Shown one piece after another: positions 27,690-37,729 of a DNA stretch of 64,000 nucleotides. Made by a program: the position numbers and the translations under genes. Origin of the DNA: Candidatus Bathyarchaeota archaeon (lineage in GTDB: Archaea; Thermoproteota; Bathyarchaeia; Bathyarchaeales; Bathycorpusculaceae); the NCBI GenBank assembly GCA_963717465.1, contig OY970340.1:2560001-2624000 (forward strand), given 5' to 3'. The number at the start of each line of letters is the position of its first letter. Position 1 is the first letter of the stretch. The notes under the pieces are model-generated. The model was not told the DNA's origin. It saw only the letters and a list, made by a program, of their open reading frames with translations, and did not search any database.

Positions 27690-28469
27690 ATGTGTAAGTT
27701 GAGGAGAAGATTGAAGTTGGGAAATGCTCAAGGGTTACAGAATTTGTTTTTTGATTTGGCAAGTGAAAGCCGGCTTGGAATTCTTTACGAGCTGAAAGGG
27801 CAGCATATGAAAATGAATGATTTGGCTCGGAAGATGGATTTGACGGCCACTGAAGCTTCAAGGCAACTGCAACGCTTAAGCGAGGCACGGCTGGTTGAGA
27901 AGCAGCCTGAAGGCACCTACGCCCTTACTGAGTACTGCAAGCTTATATTGCAGTTATCTCCTGCTCTCGAATTTGTTTTTAACCACAAAGAGTATTTTCT
28001 TACTAGAGACATTTGGCGGCTTCCTCATGAATTCCTCAATCGGATTGGCGAATTATCGGCAACCACTTTAGAAACTAATGTTGCTGATGCAATCAACCAC
28101 GGGCAGCAGATGGTAAAAAACGCAGAGGAATATGTGTGGACGCTACGTGACAAATCCTTTGATTCCATGGGTCCATTGATGCTTGATAGGTATACCGGCG
28201 GCGTAAAGTCATTCAAATTCATGTTCGCAGAAGGTTTACGTTCACGTTACAAGCCATCTCAAGGACGACCTGAAATTGAAGAGAGAATACTACCAAAAAT
28301 TCCCGCAATAATAGTTTGCACAGAAAAAGAAGCGGCAGTGTGCCTGCTTACTTCCGATGGACGAGCAGACTACTCAGGTTTCTTCGGCAAAGACTCTATG
28401 TCCAAGAAATGGGTGCATGAGCTCTTCCTCCACTTTTGGAAAATCGGAAAACGGGTTTTCTCAACCTGA
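27690..28469 (+). CDS. ArsR-like winged-helix transcriptional regulator (archaeal type with C-terminal domain)
   Basis: LASESRLGIL...LARKMDLTATEASRQLQRLSEARLVEK...GTYALTEY; start may be slightly downstream. Confidence 0.8.
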   Translation: MCKLRRRLKLGNAQGLQNLFFDLASESRLGILYELKGQHMKMNDLARKMDLTATEASRQLQRLSEARLVEKQPEGTYALTEYCKLILQLSPALEFVFNHKEYFLTRDIWRLPHEFLNRIGELSATTLETNVADAINHGQQMVKNAEEYVWTLRDKSFDSMGPLMLDRYTGGVKSFKFMFAEGLRSRYKPSQGRPEIEERILPKIPAIIVCTEKEAAVCLLTSDGRADYSGFFGKDSMSKKWVHELFLHFWKIGKRVFST

Positions 28470-28556
28470 CTAAACAAAAAATAGTATTCCCTAGCACTAA
28501 ATCTATTAGTGAAATTCTTAATCGTTTGAAAATTTAGGCAAATTAGAGCACTGCTT

Positions 28557-29039
28557 CTAGTCCCGGTTTAATTCTTTTAGTAGGGCTTTAGCGTTGGGTG
28601 AAAGCTCAGGCTTATTTTTTCCGCCTATTAACAAGAACAATGAGCCTATAGTGATTAATGCTAGCCCGAAAAATGCCACACTTATCGCTGGTAAAACTTC
28701 GAAGGTGAGCCCGAAAGTGAAAAAAATCATCGCAACGCCCATGATAACCATTATCCAGTTGTTCATGGAAGCTGTTGAGTACAGGGCGAATTCTTTTTTT
28801 CCTGTATCAGTCACAAGGAAATAACCGTGCTTCTCCTCTATCATGCCGGCGCTGATTAAGTAGTTCCAATCATAGTGAAAATGTCCATCAGACTTGTAGC
28901 CAATTGCAGAGCTGATGCTTGACTTGACGCCTGGTTCAGCTTTGATTCTGCTGCTTGGCGCTGAATAGATGAAATAGAGCAGTTTAGTTCTTGGCGACTG
29001 AATATCCGCACTTATTCCACGAGACTTTGCCAACTGCAT
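28557..29039 (-). CDS. Winged-helix-like protein with two C-terminal TM helices
   Basis: YLISAGMIEEKHGYFLVTDTGKK wing motif followed by two hydrophobic helices. Confidence 0.65.
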   Translation of the reverse strand: MQLAKSRGISADIQSPRTKLLYFIYSAPSSRIKAEPGVKSSISSAIGYKSDGHFHYDWNYLISAGMIEEKHGYFLVTDTGKKEFALYSTASMNNWIMVIMGVAMIFFTFGLTFEVLPAISVAFFGLALITIGSLFLLIGGKNKPELSPNAKALLKELNRD

Positions 29040-29121
29040 CCACTACCTAAAGCTAAGCAGCAAAGATGGAAATAAATAACGCTCCTGTTTTTGCATGCTT
29101 CTATCAAGATGAATTATTTCT

Positions 29122-29154
29122 TTATGACTCTAACTCTTAGAGTTATGACTCTAA
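29122..29154. promoter_or_regulatory. Direct/inverted repeat cluster, candidate operator
   Basis: TTATGACTCTAA at 29122 and 29143, with TAACTCT-T-AGAGTTA palindrome at 29131-29145. Confidence 0.6.
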
Positions 29155-29247
29155 ACATTAGTGCACGTTTGGAGCTGATTTCTAAATGTTAGGGCTATAT
29201 CCTCCATGCTACAAGTATACTTCCCAAAAATAGGAGAAGCAAAAAAA

Positions 29248-29943
29248 ATGAACGTAAATTTCGAATACAGCAAAACTCTGGCTGGTGAAGCGTCAATATT
29301 ACTCTTGCTCAGCATCATTCCTTACGTTGGCTGGATATTAGGCATAATCGGCATAGTTTTACTCCTAAACGCCATGAAAGAACTCTCAAACTACTACCAA
29401 GACCAAGAAATCTACCAAAACTCCCTAACAGGCGTCAAACATTACATTATCGCCTTGATTGCAAGTGGAGCAGCTATTGCATCAATAGTTGTTGGCATCG
29501 GGACTGCTACAGGCTTTACGTTTAAAGGTAGTTTTTTAACAACAGTAAATTTCGGAGTTGGTGTAGCAGCTTTTCTAATAGGAATCATCATTGCTGTTGT
29601 ATTCTACGTACTCGGAGCGTCTTATCTTAGAAGAACCTTCAATACGCTCGCTCAGAAATCAGAAGAACCATCATTTGCCACGGCGGGAACTTTACTTTGG
29701 TGGGGAGCTGTACTTACCATAATCCTAGTCGGCCTAATACTGATATTAATCGCTTGGATATTTGCAATAATAGGCTTCTTCAGAATGAAATCTCAACAAC
29801 ACCAACAATATCAACAATACAATCCACAACAGAATAGTTACACTCAACCTCCAACACAACCAGAGCAAGCAAAACCAATAGAAAATAAGTCAACAGAAAA
29901 GAAGCACTTGCCTCCAAATAATATTATGGAGATAGTTTTATGA
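29248..29943 (+). CDS. DUF996-like membrane protein
   Basis: SKTLAGEASILLLL...IVLLLNAMKELSNYY...F(A)TAGTLLWWGAVLTIILVG; Gln/Pro tail; ATG at 29248 preferred over 29206. Confidence 0.75.
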   Translation: MNVNFEYSKTLAGEASILLLLSIIPYVGWILGIIGIVLLLNAMKELSNYYQDQEIYQNSLTGVKHYIIALIASGAAIASIVVGIGTATGFTFKGSFLTTVNFGVGVAAFLIGIIIAVVFYVLGASYLRRTFNTLAQKSEEPSFATAGTLLWWGAVLTIILVGLILILIAWIFAIIGFFRMKSQQHQQYQQYNPQQNSYTQPPTQPEQAKPIENKSTEKKHLPPNNIMEIVL

Positions 29944-30500
29944 CCGAACAAAATGAGGCTGAAAGTGGCAATTACTGGAAGAGGTTCATAAGGAAACATT
30001 GGGCTATCTTTATAGTCTTTGTAGTGGCAGCCATTTTGGCTATTGTGGGCGGATTGGTTGTCTTTTTATGGTTCGTAGGTAATGCTCAATCAACTGGATT
30101 AGTTCCCTCAGTCCTCAGTTTGTGGACGATGAACAATGTTGTGCTTTTTATCCTGAATGCCATCTTTTGGGAACTTATCCTGATTGGAATACCCATAGCT
30201 ATAGGTGCATTGATAGGCTGGCTATGGTGGAAAAGACTACCATGGGAAGAGAAGAAAGGCGACAAATCCAGAAGTCGCTCAAGAGATTCAAGCGGAGGAT
30301 TTTCACTGCTACTGTTCATCGCATTCGCCATTAAAGTATACGTTGACGGAAACTGGAATACAGCCATATCAACGTTTACAGTCAACTACGTCGTAAACTC
30401 AGTAATTATGATACTAGTCTGGATAGCTGCAATATTCGCAATACCTGCAATAGTTGGACTCGTCTGGTGGATATATCACGACGAGAACAAAAAATCTTAA
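29940..30500 (+). CDS. Trp-rich hypothetical membrane protein
   Basis: Four hydrophobic segments; ATGA overlap with the upstream gene. Confidence 0.75.
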   Translation: MTEQNEAESGNYWKRFIRKHWAIFIVFVVAAILAIVGGLVVFLWFVGNAQSTGLVPSVLSLWTMNNVVLFILNAIFWELILIGIPIAIGALIGWLWWKRLPWEEKKGDKSRSRSRDSSGGFSLLLFIAFAIKVYVDGNWNTAISTFTVNYVVNSVIMILVWIAAIFAIPAIVGLVWWIYHDENKKS

Positions 30501-30561
30501 CCTTTTTCAATTAGGTAAAAAAAACCCTGCTGAATTAAAAAAAGAAAACTTGAAAAAAAGG

Positions 30562-31744
30562 TTATAGTTCTTCTTGTGGCAAACCAATCTTGCGTAGGTA
30601 ATCCTTGGCGTATTTTGGGTTGTATGCAAGCAGTTCTTTGCTTCTAAGCAGTCTTCGCTCAAGTCTATCCAAAGCTACCCTAAAAGTTGTTTCTATTCCC
30701 CAACCTTCGCCAGTGCTGAAAAATGAACCTTTTACTGTTCGAAACTGCAGCCTACAATGTATAAGTGGTGTTCCTCGAAGGCTCGTTGTGCCATGAGTTT
30801 TCATGTAAACAAACAATGTTCCCTGCGAAAAAGCATCCTGATACTTTCGACTGAAAGAATCAAATTCATCCATCATAAAACTCTGTTGATCAGGCGTGAT
30901 CTGAAGCCCTTTTAACCCAAACTGCACAGAAATCTTTTTGCGCTCAATTTCAAGCTGAGAAATCAACTCCAAAAAATCCAGCTTAGTCACGATTCCGACT
31001 AACTTATCGTTTAAGACGACAGCTAAACAGGAAATGTTGTGGTCATGCATCTTCTTCTCAGCTTCCTTTAAGCTTGTTTCGGGTTGAACAGTAATTACAG
31101 GACTAGTCATTATTCCCTTAGCAGGAATAGTTAACGTCTGAACCTTCTCCCCCACTACGTCACCAAGCGTTTGACGCGTTTGCGGTTGCAAAATATCTTC
31201 AAGAATATCCTGAATGCTCACAATACCCACAAGCTTTCCATTTTCCATAACTGGCACATGCGAGATTCCATACTCACGCAGCAAACTGAGCACTGCTCCA
31301 ACAGAACGATTCGCCTCAATCGTTTGCGGTGCACGAGTCATAATTTTTGAAATCTCAGTTTTTCCCCACTCCTGAGTAACCGCAGCATGAATAACATTCT
31401 CATCCGTGACAAAACCGACAACTTTCTCCTTTTCGACTATATGGAAGCTGCCTGATTCCACTTTCAATCATAAGCTTAGCTAATTTACTAATCGAATAAT
31501 CTAAGGTTACCCGTGGTGCAGCCTGCATTAGATTCTTCACTTTGCTTGTTGCAGGGTCAAGTCTTGACCTAATAATATATCGTCTTGTGATCACGCCTGT
31601 GTATCGACCCTTTTCATCAGTCACGGCCAAAACAGGAGGGATATCATTCTTGAACGGTTCAAGACAGCGCGATAACGTCTCATTTTCGTGCACCATACTA
31701 AATTGCTTTGTGTAAATGCTTTTTGCAAGAACTTGAGCCAACAT
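30562..31744 (-). CDS. Multi-CBS-domain protein (frameshift near 31440)
   Basis: CBS motifs (GIRQLP|IVEKEKVVGFVT; GISHVPVMENGKLVGIVS; ISCLAVVLNDKLVGIVTKLD); the two ORFs join on removing one base. Confidence 0.85.
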
Positions 31745-31979
31745 TTTGTTACCTCAGAAGTCTAATGGTTAAAAGCACAACTAACTGGTTTAATTGAGGA
31801 AATTTTTGTTAGTTTAAAGCATAACTTGTCAGGGGTTGAGAAATTAGTTGGTAAAACGAATTGGAAAGGGTATGATAAAACATGCATAGAGTTTTTAACC
31901 TCACAAAAAAAGGGAACTGAACATACATATAAGTGTTTTTTGAAAAAGATTTTAGAGTTTAACTAACATGACTGTATGC

Positions 31980-32186
31980 CTAAGAAGAGAGCTTTGTTAC
32001 TGTTGGTTTTTTCTCATAAAAGTATCTAAAATATAGGTAAAAGAACGCACCCATAAATAATGACATGAACACTCCTTGAAACAGATTATAAAGCAAGCCA
32101 CAATTATCATATAAGTTAGAAATTAAACCAAAGCTTATGAAAAAGGATATCATCAAAATAATAGTTCCTATGTAAGCAGTCCTCAA
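31980..32186 (-). CDS. Small 2-TM hypothetical protein
   Basis: Two hydrophobic helices; AT-rich context. Confidence 0.4.
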   Translation of the reverse strand: MRTAYIGTIILMISFFISFGLISNLYDNCGLLYNLFQGVFMSLFMGAFFYLYFRYFYEKKPTVTKLSS

Positions 32187-32372
32187 GCTTATAACCTATT
32201 TACTTGTATTCATTTTCCCTCTTAAAGTTTAGCTATCGAGAAATCATGATAAAAGATTTGATAAACAAAAACTATAAATGTGCATAGTATGAAAATATTA
32301 CAATTGGAAGAAAAGTAACGCTAACAGTTACTAAGTAACTTTTTCCATTATTTTATGGACAATGCTTTCGTT

Positions 32373-32558
32373 CTAATCCTTATTTCTTTGTATAGTTAAC
32401 AAAATGTAAATACCCCACGTAACACCAAAGATTATCACAAAAGGCAAAGCAGCAGCTGATAACTCACCATTATTGATATAAATACCATCATAATAAGCCA
32501 GTAAAGATATCGCAAACACCACCGCCAATGTGATATGTGCTCTAAAGTTGATACTCAT
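32373..32558 (-). CDS. Small 2-TM hypothetical protein
   Basis: ATG start, two hydrophobic helices. Confidence 0.45.
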   Translation of the reverse strand: MSINFRAHITLAVVFAISLLAYYDGIYINNGELSAAALPFVIIFGVTWGIYILLTIQRNKD

Positions 32559-32741
32559 AAATTAGAAATGCAGTGATTTAGATATAAAAATTTTTTCTAA
32601 AGCGACTATGGGTTATATGGACTTTGATGGGCTTATGTTACTTTTCATAGTAACAACAGGATATTTAGTATTTAGCTAATTTTTCGTAAAGATAAATCGA
32701 AGAAATAGAGGATTTTATTAAAAGAGTATAGCTTCAATTTA

Positions 32742-32858
32742 TTAGGTAGCACCATGAATACCCGTCGTTAAGTTGTCTAACCTATGCATCCTTTTTATGT
32801 GGTCTTCCAATTCATCCTCGCTATTGAAAGAGTTATTACAAAGCTTGCATTTTGGCAA
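32742..32858 (-). CDS. 38-aa C2H2 zinc-finger microprotein (not in ORF track)
   Basis: MPKCKLCNNSFNSEDELEDHIKRMHRLDNLTTGIHGAT; GGGGGTGA SD just upstream of TTG. Confidence 0.75.
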   Translation of the reverse strand: MPKCKLCNNSFNSEDELEDHIKRMHRLDNLTTGIHGAT

Positions 32859-33108
32859 ATTATTTCACCCCCAATAACAAATTATTCTTAACATAGCGCA
32901 AGTTATTTAGTTTGTAACCTTATGAAAACTTGTGGTTGTGTCCAGACTATCACATTATACAAAAAGAGACAGAGAGATTAAACAAGTAGAAGACATAAAT
33001 CAGTAATTACCGATTTCTCAAAGTTTTCATAGATAAATCTTAAATCTGCATAGCGTAGAAACAGTCAAACACTATAAATAAGGTAAATGAACTGTAAATA
33101 GAGTAAAC

Positions 33109-33249
33109 GTGAAAAACTTGAATAGCGTTTTATGTGTAAAGTGCCCACATTGTGGTAGCACCCACCTTGAAGAAGATGAAGATATCATTAAGTGTCTTGA
33201 TTGTGGCATGGGCAAGTATAAGAAAGGCAGGCATAAGAATTATTCTTAA
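33109..33249 (+). CDS. 46-aa zinc-ribbon microprotein (not in ORF track)
   Basis: MKNLNSVLCVKCPHCGSTHLEEDEDIIKCLDCGMGKYKKGRHKNYS (CPHCG...CLDCG). Confidence 0.65.
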   Translation: MKNLNSVLCVKCPHCGSTHLEEDEDIIKCLDCGMGKYKKGRHKNYS

Positions 33250-33452
33250 AAAATAATTAAATAATCCTTGTTCTCTTCATATGAGAACCCTCTATTCTTT
33301 AAAAATATTTCAATCTGTTTAGTGTCATGATTACCTTTAATCTCCAATTGAAATCTATCGGTTGTTCTCTTTTTTATAAGAACTAAAGAGGGGACGATTA
33401 AATTTTCTTCACTTAATTCTTTGAATAGAGCTACAGCTTCTCGCCTATCCAA
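33246..33452 (-). CDS. Small hypothetical protein
   Basis: 68-aa ORF with GGGGT SD before TTG. Confidence 0.6.
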   Translation of the reverse strand: MDRREAVALFKELSEENLIVPSLVLIKKRTTDRFQLEIKGNHDTKQIEIFLKNRGFSYEENKDYLIIF

Positions 33453-33884
33453 TAGATTTACCCCTTAGTCCACTGGCAAACATATCAGACAAATAACATT
33501 TTTCATGCATTCAATTAATTTTCTAAATGCAGTTAACAGTTAGGGCTATTGCCGAGTGCATTCAAGGGTTAAGGTAGTGCTGTTTATCATTAAACTATTG
33601 GCTAAAAACTCCTATTAATTAGCCAGTTAAGCACAATTTAAACATTAAAAAGAAAAAATAAATGTTACAAACTAAACATTAGCGAAACGTTGCAAAGTGG
33701 ACATATGGTAAACGTTTTCTGCTGCTTAGATAGCGCGCAGATAAGTGCAGGTCAAATAATATACAATCATATCAAGTATATATTGTAAATAATACATATA
33801 TAGTAGCTGTTAAGTACAGAAAAATTGAATTATTATTACTAGACGATTTATATAGATGTTTTATCTGTTTTTTGCACCCTTCTA

Positions 33885-34367
33885 ATGGAAGGGCTTGGAT
33901 GGAGAAGGGGATCGGAAGCAATCAAACAGCAAAGCTCACATACGAAACGTTTCTATCCGCTCCTGTCAGGGAGGGAAACTACAGCAAAGGCTCCAGACCA
34001 AAAAGAAATGGTTGACCAGCTTAAAATCGAATGGAAACGACTATGGATTGAGCGGATGGACGATAAAGTCAGAGCAGAAGGTATTGCCACTCAAGATTAT
34101 TTGTCACTTTTTGTTGACAGAGGAACTGTAATTCACGCAACAAAAGACTACAAAGCATTAAATTTTAGAGAAATTTTAGAGCAACATCAAATTCTTGAAA
34201 TCGAGAGATTTATTCAACCAAGTCCAGAAGTCGGCGGATGGAAAAAATTTGTGAAAACAAAGGTAACACAAAATCCTCCAAATAAAAAGAGAGCGCAAAC
34301 TTATTGTGAAGAGAAGAAAGAAAAACAACAGTCAAAAAAAGGCGGCAGAGGCTGGCTTCACAAGTAA
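33885..34367 (+). CDS. Hypothetical protein
   Basis: 160-aa charged ORF; start uncertain. Confidence 0.65.
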   Translation: MEGLGWRRGSEAIKQQSSHTKRFYPLLSGRETTAKAPDQKEMVDQLKIEWKRLWIERMDDKVRAEGIATQDYLSLFVDRGTVIHATKDYKALNFREILEQHQILEIERFIQPSPEVGGWKKFVKTKVTQNPPNKKRAQTYCEEKKEKQQSKKGGRGWLHK

Positions 34368-34528
34368 GTCATTCTGAGAATCAATTAAACCGGCTTCAAT
34401 ATTGCCTGGAATAGTCAGGCAAAGTCGATTTGAGAAGTTTAATAAGTTAATACTTGAAACATTTGACATAATCTTTGTTTTTTGCGGTTGTAAACAAGAA
34501 AGTTTATTGTTAAAGAGTTGACATAATT

Positions 34529-35293
34529 GTGAAAAAAAGAGAAGTTGATGAACTCCCATCGACACAGGTTGTCATAGCAGCTTTGAACGAGGAAGAAGGA
34601 ATTGGGAAAACTATAGCTGAACTCTGCGCTTACCTGAAAAAACCAAGTATTTTGGTGGTTGATGGCAGAAGCTCTGATAGAACAGTTGAGATAGCTAAGG
34701 ATATGGGGGCTGATATCGCTTTTCAAAATGGGCTAGGCAAAGGAGATGCGTTAGCAAAAGCATTTGAACATTCAAAATTAACAATGGACTACATAGTCAT
34801 AATCGATGCTGATTATACTTATCCCGCACAATACATTCCGCAGATGGTTAGAATACTTGAGGAAAACCCTAATGTTGGCATGGTTCTTGGCAATCGCTTC
34901 AATGGGCATTTGGATCATAAGGCTTTGCCTGGCGTACTCTATTTCGGAAATAGACTTGTGTCACTGACACATAACCTGCTTAATGACACATACTTGGATG
35001 ATCCCCTGAGTGGGCTGCGCGTTGTGCGTGCTGAAATCTTGAAACATTGGGACGTAAAATCTAAGGGTTTCGACATTGAAGTTGAGTTGAATCATCATGT
35101 CGAACAAAAAGGTTTGGGCATCATCGAAATCCCCATTCACTATAGGCAACGTTTAGGGGAAAAGAAGCTAAAAACTAAGCATGGCGCAGCCATTTTAAAG
35201 CGAATGGTGATTGAACACCTAATCACTTCGGGTTTTCGTCTTCGATCTTTAAATGAGAAATTAAGAACCTTGAATGAAAGACTAAGTCATTGA
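34529..35293 (+). CDS. GT2 glycosyltransferase, dolichol-phosphate sugar synthase-like
   Basis: VIAALNEEEGI, VVDGRSSDRT, GKGDAL, IDADYTY, SGLR, GFDIEVE. Confidence 0.9.
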   Translation: MKKREVDELPSTQVVIAALNEEEGIGKTIAELCAYLKKPSILVVDGRSSDRTVEIAKDMGADIAFQNGLGKGDALAKAFEHSKLTMDYIVIIDADYTYPAQYIPQMVRILEENPNVGMVLGNRFNGHLDHKALPGVLYFGNRLVSLTHNLLNDTYLDDPLSGLRVVRAEILKHWDVKSKGFDIEVELNHHVEQKGLGIIEIPIHYRQRLGEKKLKTKHGAAILKRMVIEHLITSGFRLRSLNEKLRTLNERLSH

Positions 35294-35373
35294 ACTTGTC
35301 GCTTGTTTTCCGAATGAGAAATGTTACCTTCAACTTTCCATAGAACGAAAATTTTTCTTCAGTATTAGCACGG

Positions 35374-36438
35374 ATGAGCATGAACGAAATTATTGATAAG
35401 CGTCCTTTCTTGAATGAACGACGAATACTCGTCACTGGCGGAGCTGGCTTCATTGGCTCCCATTTAGTAGATGAACTCCTTTCAAGAGGACACTCCGTAA
35501 TGGTGCTTGATAATTTATCAAGCGGTTTTCGCGATAATCTCAGGTGCCATCCATCGCTGAAGTTTGTCCGAGGAAATATATCTAATTTGAATCTTGTTGA
35601 CAGGTTAGTAAAAAATTCAGATATGGTTTTTCATTTGGCTGAGTATATTCCGACAACCAAGGTTTTTGGCAGTGGTCATGTTGTAAAGTTCTCGGTTGAT
35701 GCGCCCCTTCAGGATTTTGATACGAGTGCTCGCGGCACTCTAGTGGTTCTTAATAGTGCAAGGAAATACAATAAAAAATTCGTTTTTACGTCCACTGCAG
35801 CAGTTTATGGAGAATCTAATCTTTTATTGAAAGAGAACACACAGCCTATGCCTGTCTCGCCATATGGTCTGTCAAAGCTTTGCGCTGAAGAATACGTTAG
35901 GTTGTATTCACGCCTTCACAACTTACCAGCATCAATTGTGAGATTTTTTAATGTTTACGGACCAAGACAGCTCAAGTATGTAATGTACGATTTAATGTTA
36001 AGAATCAAGCAAAACCCCGCGCACATAGAAATTCTCGGCACTGGCGAAGAAATGAGAGACTTTGTTTACGTTTCAGACGCCGTTAAAGCCTTGCTATTAA
36101 TAGCTCAAGATGAATTTGCAAACGGCGAAATATACAACGTTGCATCTGGCCATCAAACCCGAATATGCGAGCTAGTTGACGCCTTGCTAAAAACTTGTGA
36201 CACAAATCCAAAAATTATTTTTAAAGGATCAAGCTGGAAAGGTGACGTCAAACACCTCGTCGCGGACATCTCCAAGATCTCTGCAATAGGCTATAGACCT
36301 TCGCTCACTTTGGAGCAAGGATTAAACAAATTTGTTAACTGGTTTAAGGCAACAGAACTTAACCAGGCTAAACAACCAAAAATGGGCTGGAACAGGAATC
36401 GTCTATATCTGACCTTAGAAAAGCCTAATCAAACGTAG
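35374..36438 (+). CDS. NAD-dependent sugar-nucleotide epimerase/dehydratase
   Basis: LVTGGAGFIGSHL, STAAVYG, SPYGLSK (YxxxK), RFFNVYGPRQ. Confidence 0.92.
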   Translation: MSMNEIIDKRPFLNERRILVTGGAGFIGSHLVDELLSRGHSVMVLDNLSSGFRDNLRCHPSLKFVRGNISNLNLVDRLVKNSDMVFHLAEYIPTTKVFGSGHVVKFSVDAPLQDFDTSARGTLVVLNSARKYNKKFVFTSTAAVYGESNLLLKENTQPMPVSPYGLSKLCAEEYVRLYSRLHNLPASIVRFFNVYGPRQLKYVMYDLMLRIKQNPAHIEILGTGEEMRDFVYVSDAVKALLLIAQDEFANGEIYNVASGHQTRICELVDALLKTCDTNPKIIFKGSSWKGDVKHLVADISKISAIGYRPSLTLEQGLNKFVNWFKATELNQAKQPKMGWNRNRLYLTLEKPNQT

Positions 36439-36470
36439 ATTGATTTTTGCGAACCGAAGGTTTTTTTCAA

Positions 36471-37697
36471 ATGAAGATTGGAATAATAGCGCCAGAGTTT
36501 TTGCCAAATTGGGGTGGAGTTGGCACTTACTGCGTTGAACTATCTAAGCATTTGGCGGAAAACCCACAATTTGAAGTTCATGTTATTACTCTTCTTAGAA
36601 GCATAAAAGCTCTTAACGGCTCAAATATTTCCTATTCTAAGGACGACATTCTAGGTTACTTTAAAAACAAAATCAATCTGCACGTAATTTCAAATGCATC
36701 AGAGACTTTCTTGTATAATTGCTCGTTTCAGTACCAACTTTTCCATAAACTTCCTGGAATTGTTAAGGAAAATGGCATTCAATTATTGCACAGTCAACAC
36801 GCTCACATGTCTGACATATACAGCAAACTAAGAATGACAATTCCAAAAGTAACAACTATACACAGCACAATAAAAAATCAAGTCGAAGGCATAAAAGACA
36901 CAAACCAGAAATGGTCCGAAATGGATAGATCCGAGAAATGCGAACTAGCCATGTACCCAATGCTCAGGTTAGCGGAAAGATTCTATTTAGCCAAAAATGA
37001 GCGAGAAACCAACATTTTTGTTTCACAATGGACGAAAAACCATGTTAAAGCAAATTATAACTTTGCTCAAATTGAAGGACCCGTCATTTATAATGGCGTT
37101 GACGCAGATCAATTTAGTCCCTGCAAAATCGCAGATTCCCAAATTCTGAACAACATTTCAGAGCCGATAGTTCTCTATGCATCGAGACTTACAGTAGCTC
37201 GGGGAGCTCACGTCTTGGCACATGCCATTCCTGAAATATTAAAAGCAAATAAAGAAGTTCACTTTGTTTTTGCTGGATCAGGATTCACTAAACCATTGCA
37301 TGATGTACTAGATGCGAATAGTGTGCCAAAGGAAAAATATACAGTTTTGGGCTACGTGGATTATAAGGACCTGCCATCGCTCTACGCTAGGGCATACACT
37401 TATGTCATGCCTACTTCATGGGAAAATCTTCCTTTTAAGCTCCTAGAAGCGATGAGTTGTGCCAAGCCAGTAGTAACTACTGCAATGGGGGGAATACCGG
37501 AAGTCGTCCAAAATGGTTATAACGGGTTATTCATCCTTAGAAAGCCTGAAGATGTTGCAGCAAAAATAATTCAACTTCTGGAGGATAGAAAACTCGCTAA
37601 TAAACTGGGAAGTAATGCTCGAAAAACTATCCTGGAAAAATTTACTTGGGACATAACTTCGAAAAGAACACAGCAAGTTTACAAAGAGTTAGCTTAA
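36471..37697 (+). CDS. GT4 glycosyltransferase
   Basis: WGGVGTY, IYNGVD, ENLPFKLLEAMSCAKPVV, GGIPEVV. Confidence 0.9.
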   Translation: MKIGIIAPEFLPNWGGVGTYCVELSKHLAENPQFEVHVITLLRSIKALNGSNISYSKDDILGYFKNKINLHVISNASETFLYNCSFQYQLFHKLPGIVKENGIQLLHSQHAHMSDIYSKLRMTIPKVTTIHSTIKNQVEGIKDTNQKWSEMDRSEKCELAMYPMLRLAERFYLAKNERETNIFVSQWTKNHVKANYNFAQIEGPVIYNGVDADQFSPCKIADSQILNNISEPIVLYASRLTVARGAHVLAHAIPEILKANKEVHFVFAGSGFTKPLHDVLDANSVPKEKYTVLGYVDYKDLPSLYARAYTYVMPTSWENLPFKLLEAMSCAKPVVTTAMGGIPEVVQNGYNGLFILRKPEDVAAKIIQLLEDRKLANKLGSNARKTILEKFTWDITSKRTQQVYKELA

Positions 37698-37729
37698 CCG
37701 TTGAAATTAATATTCTAAGGCGCTATACA

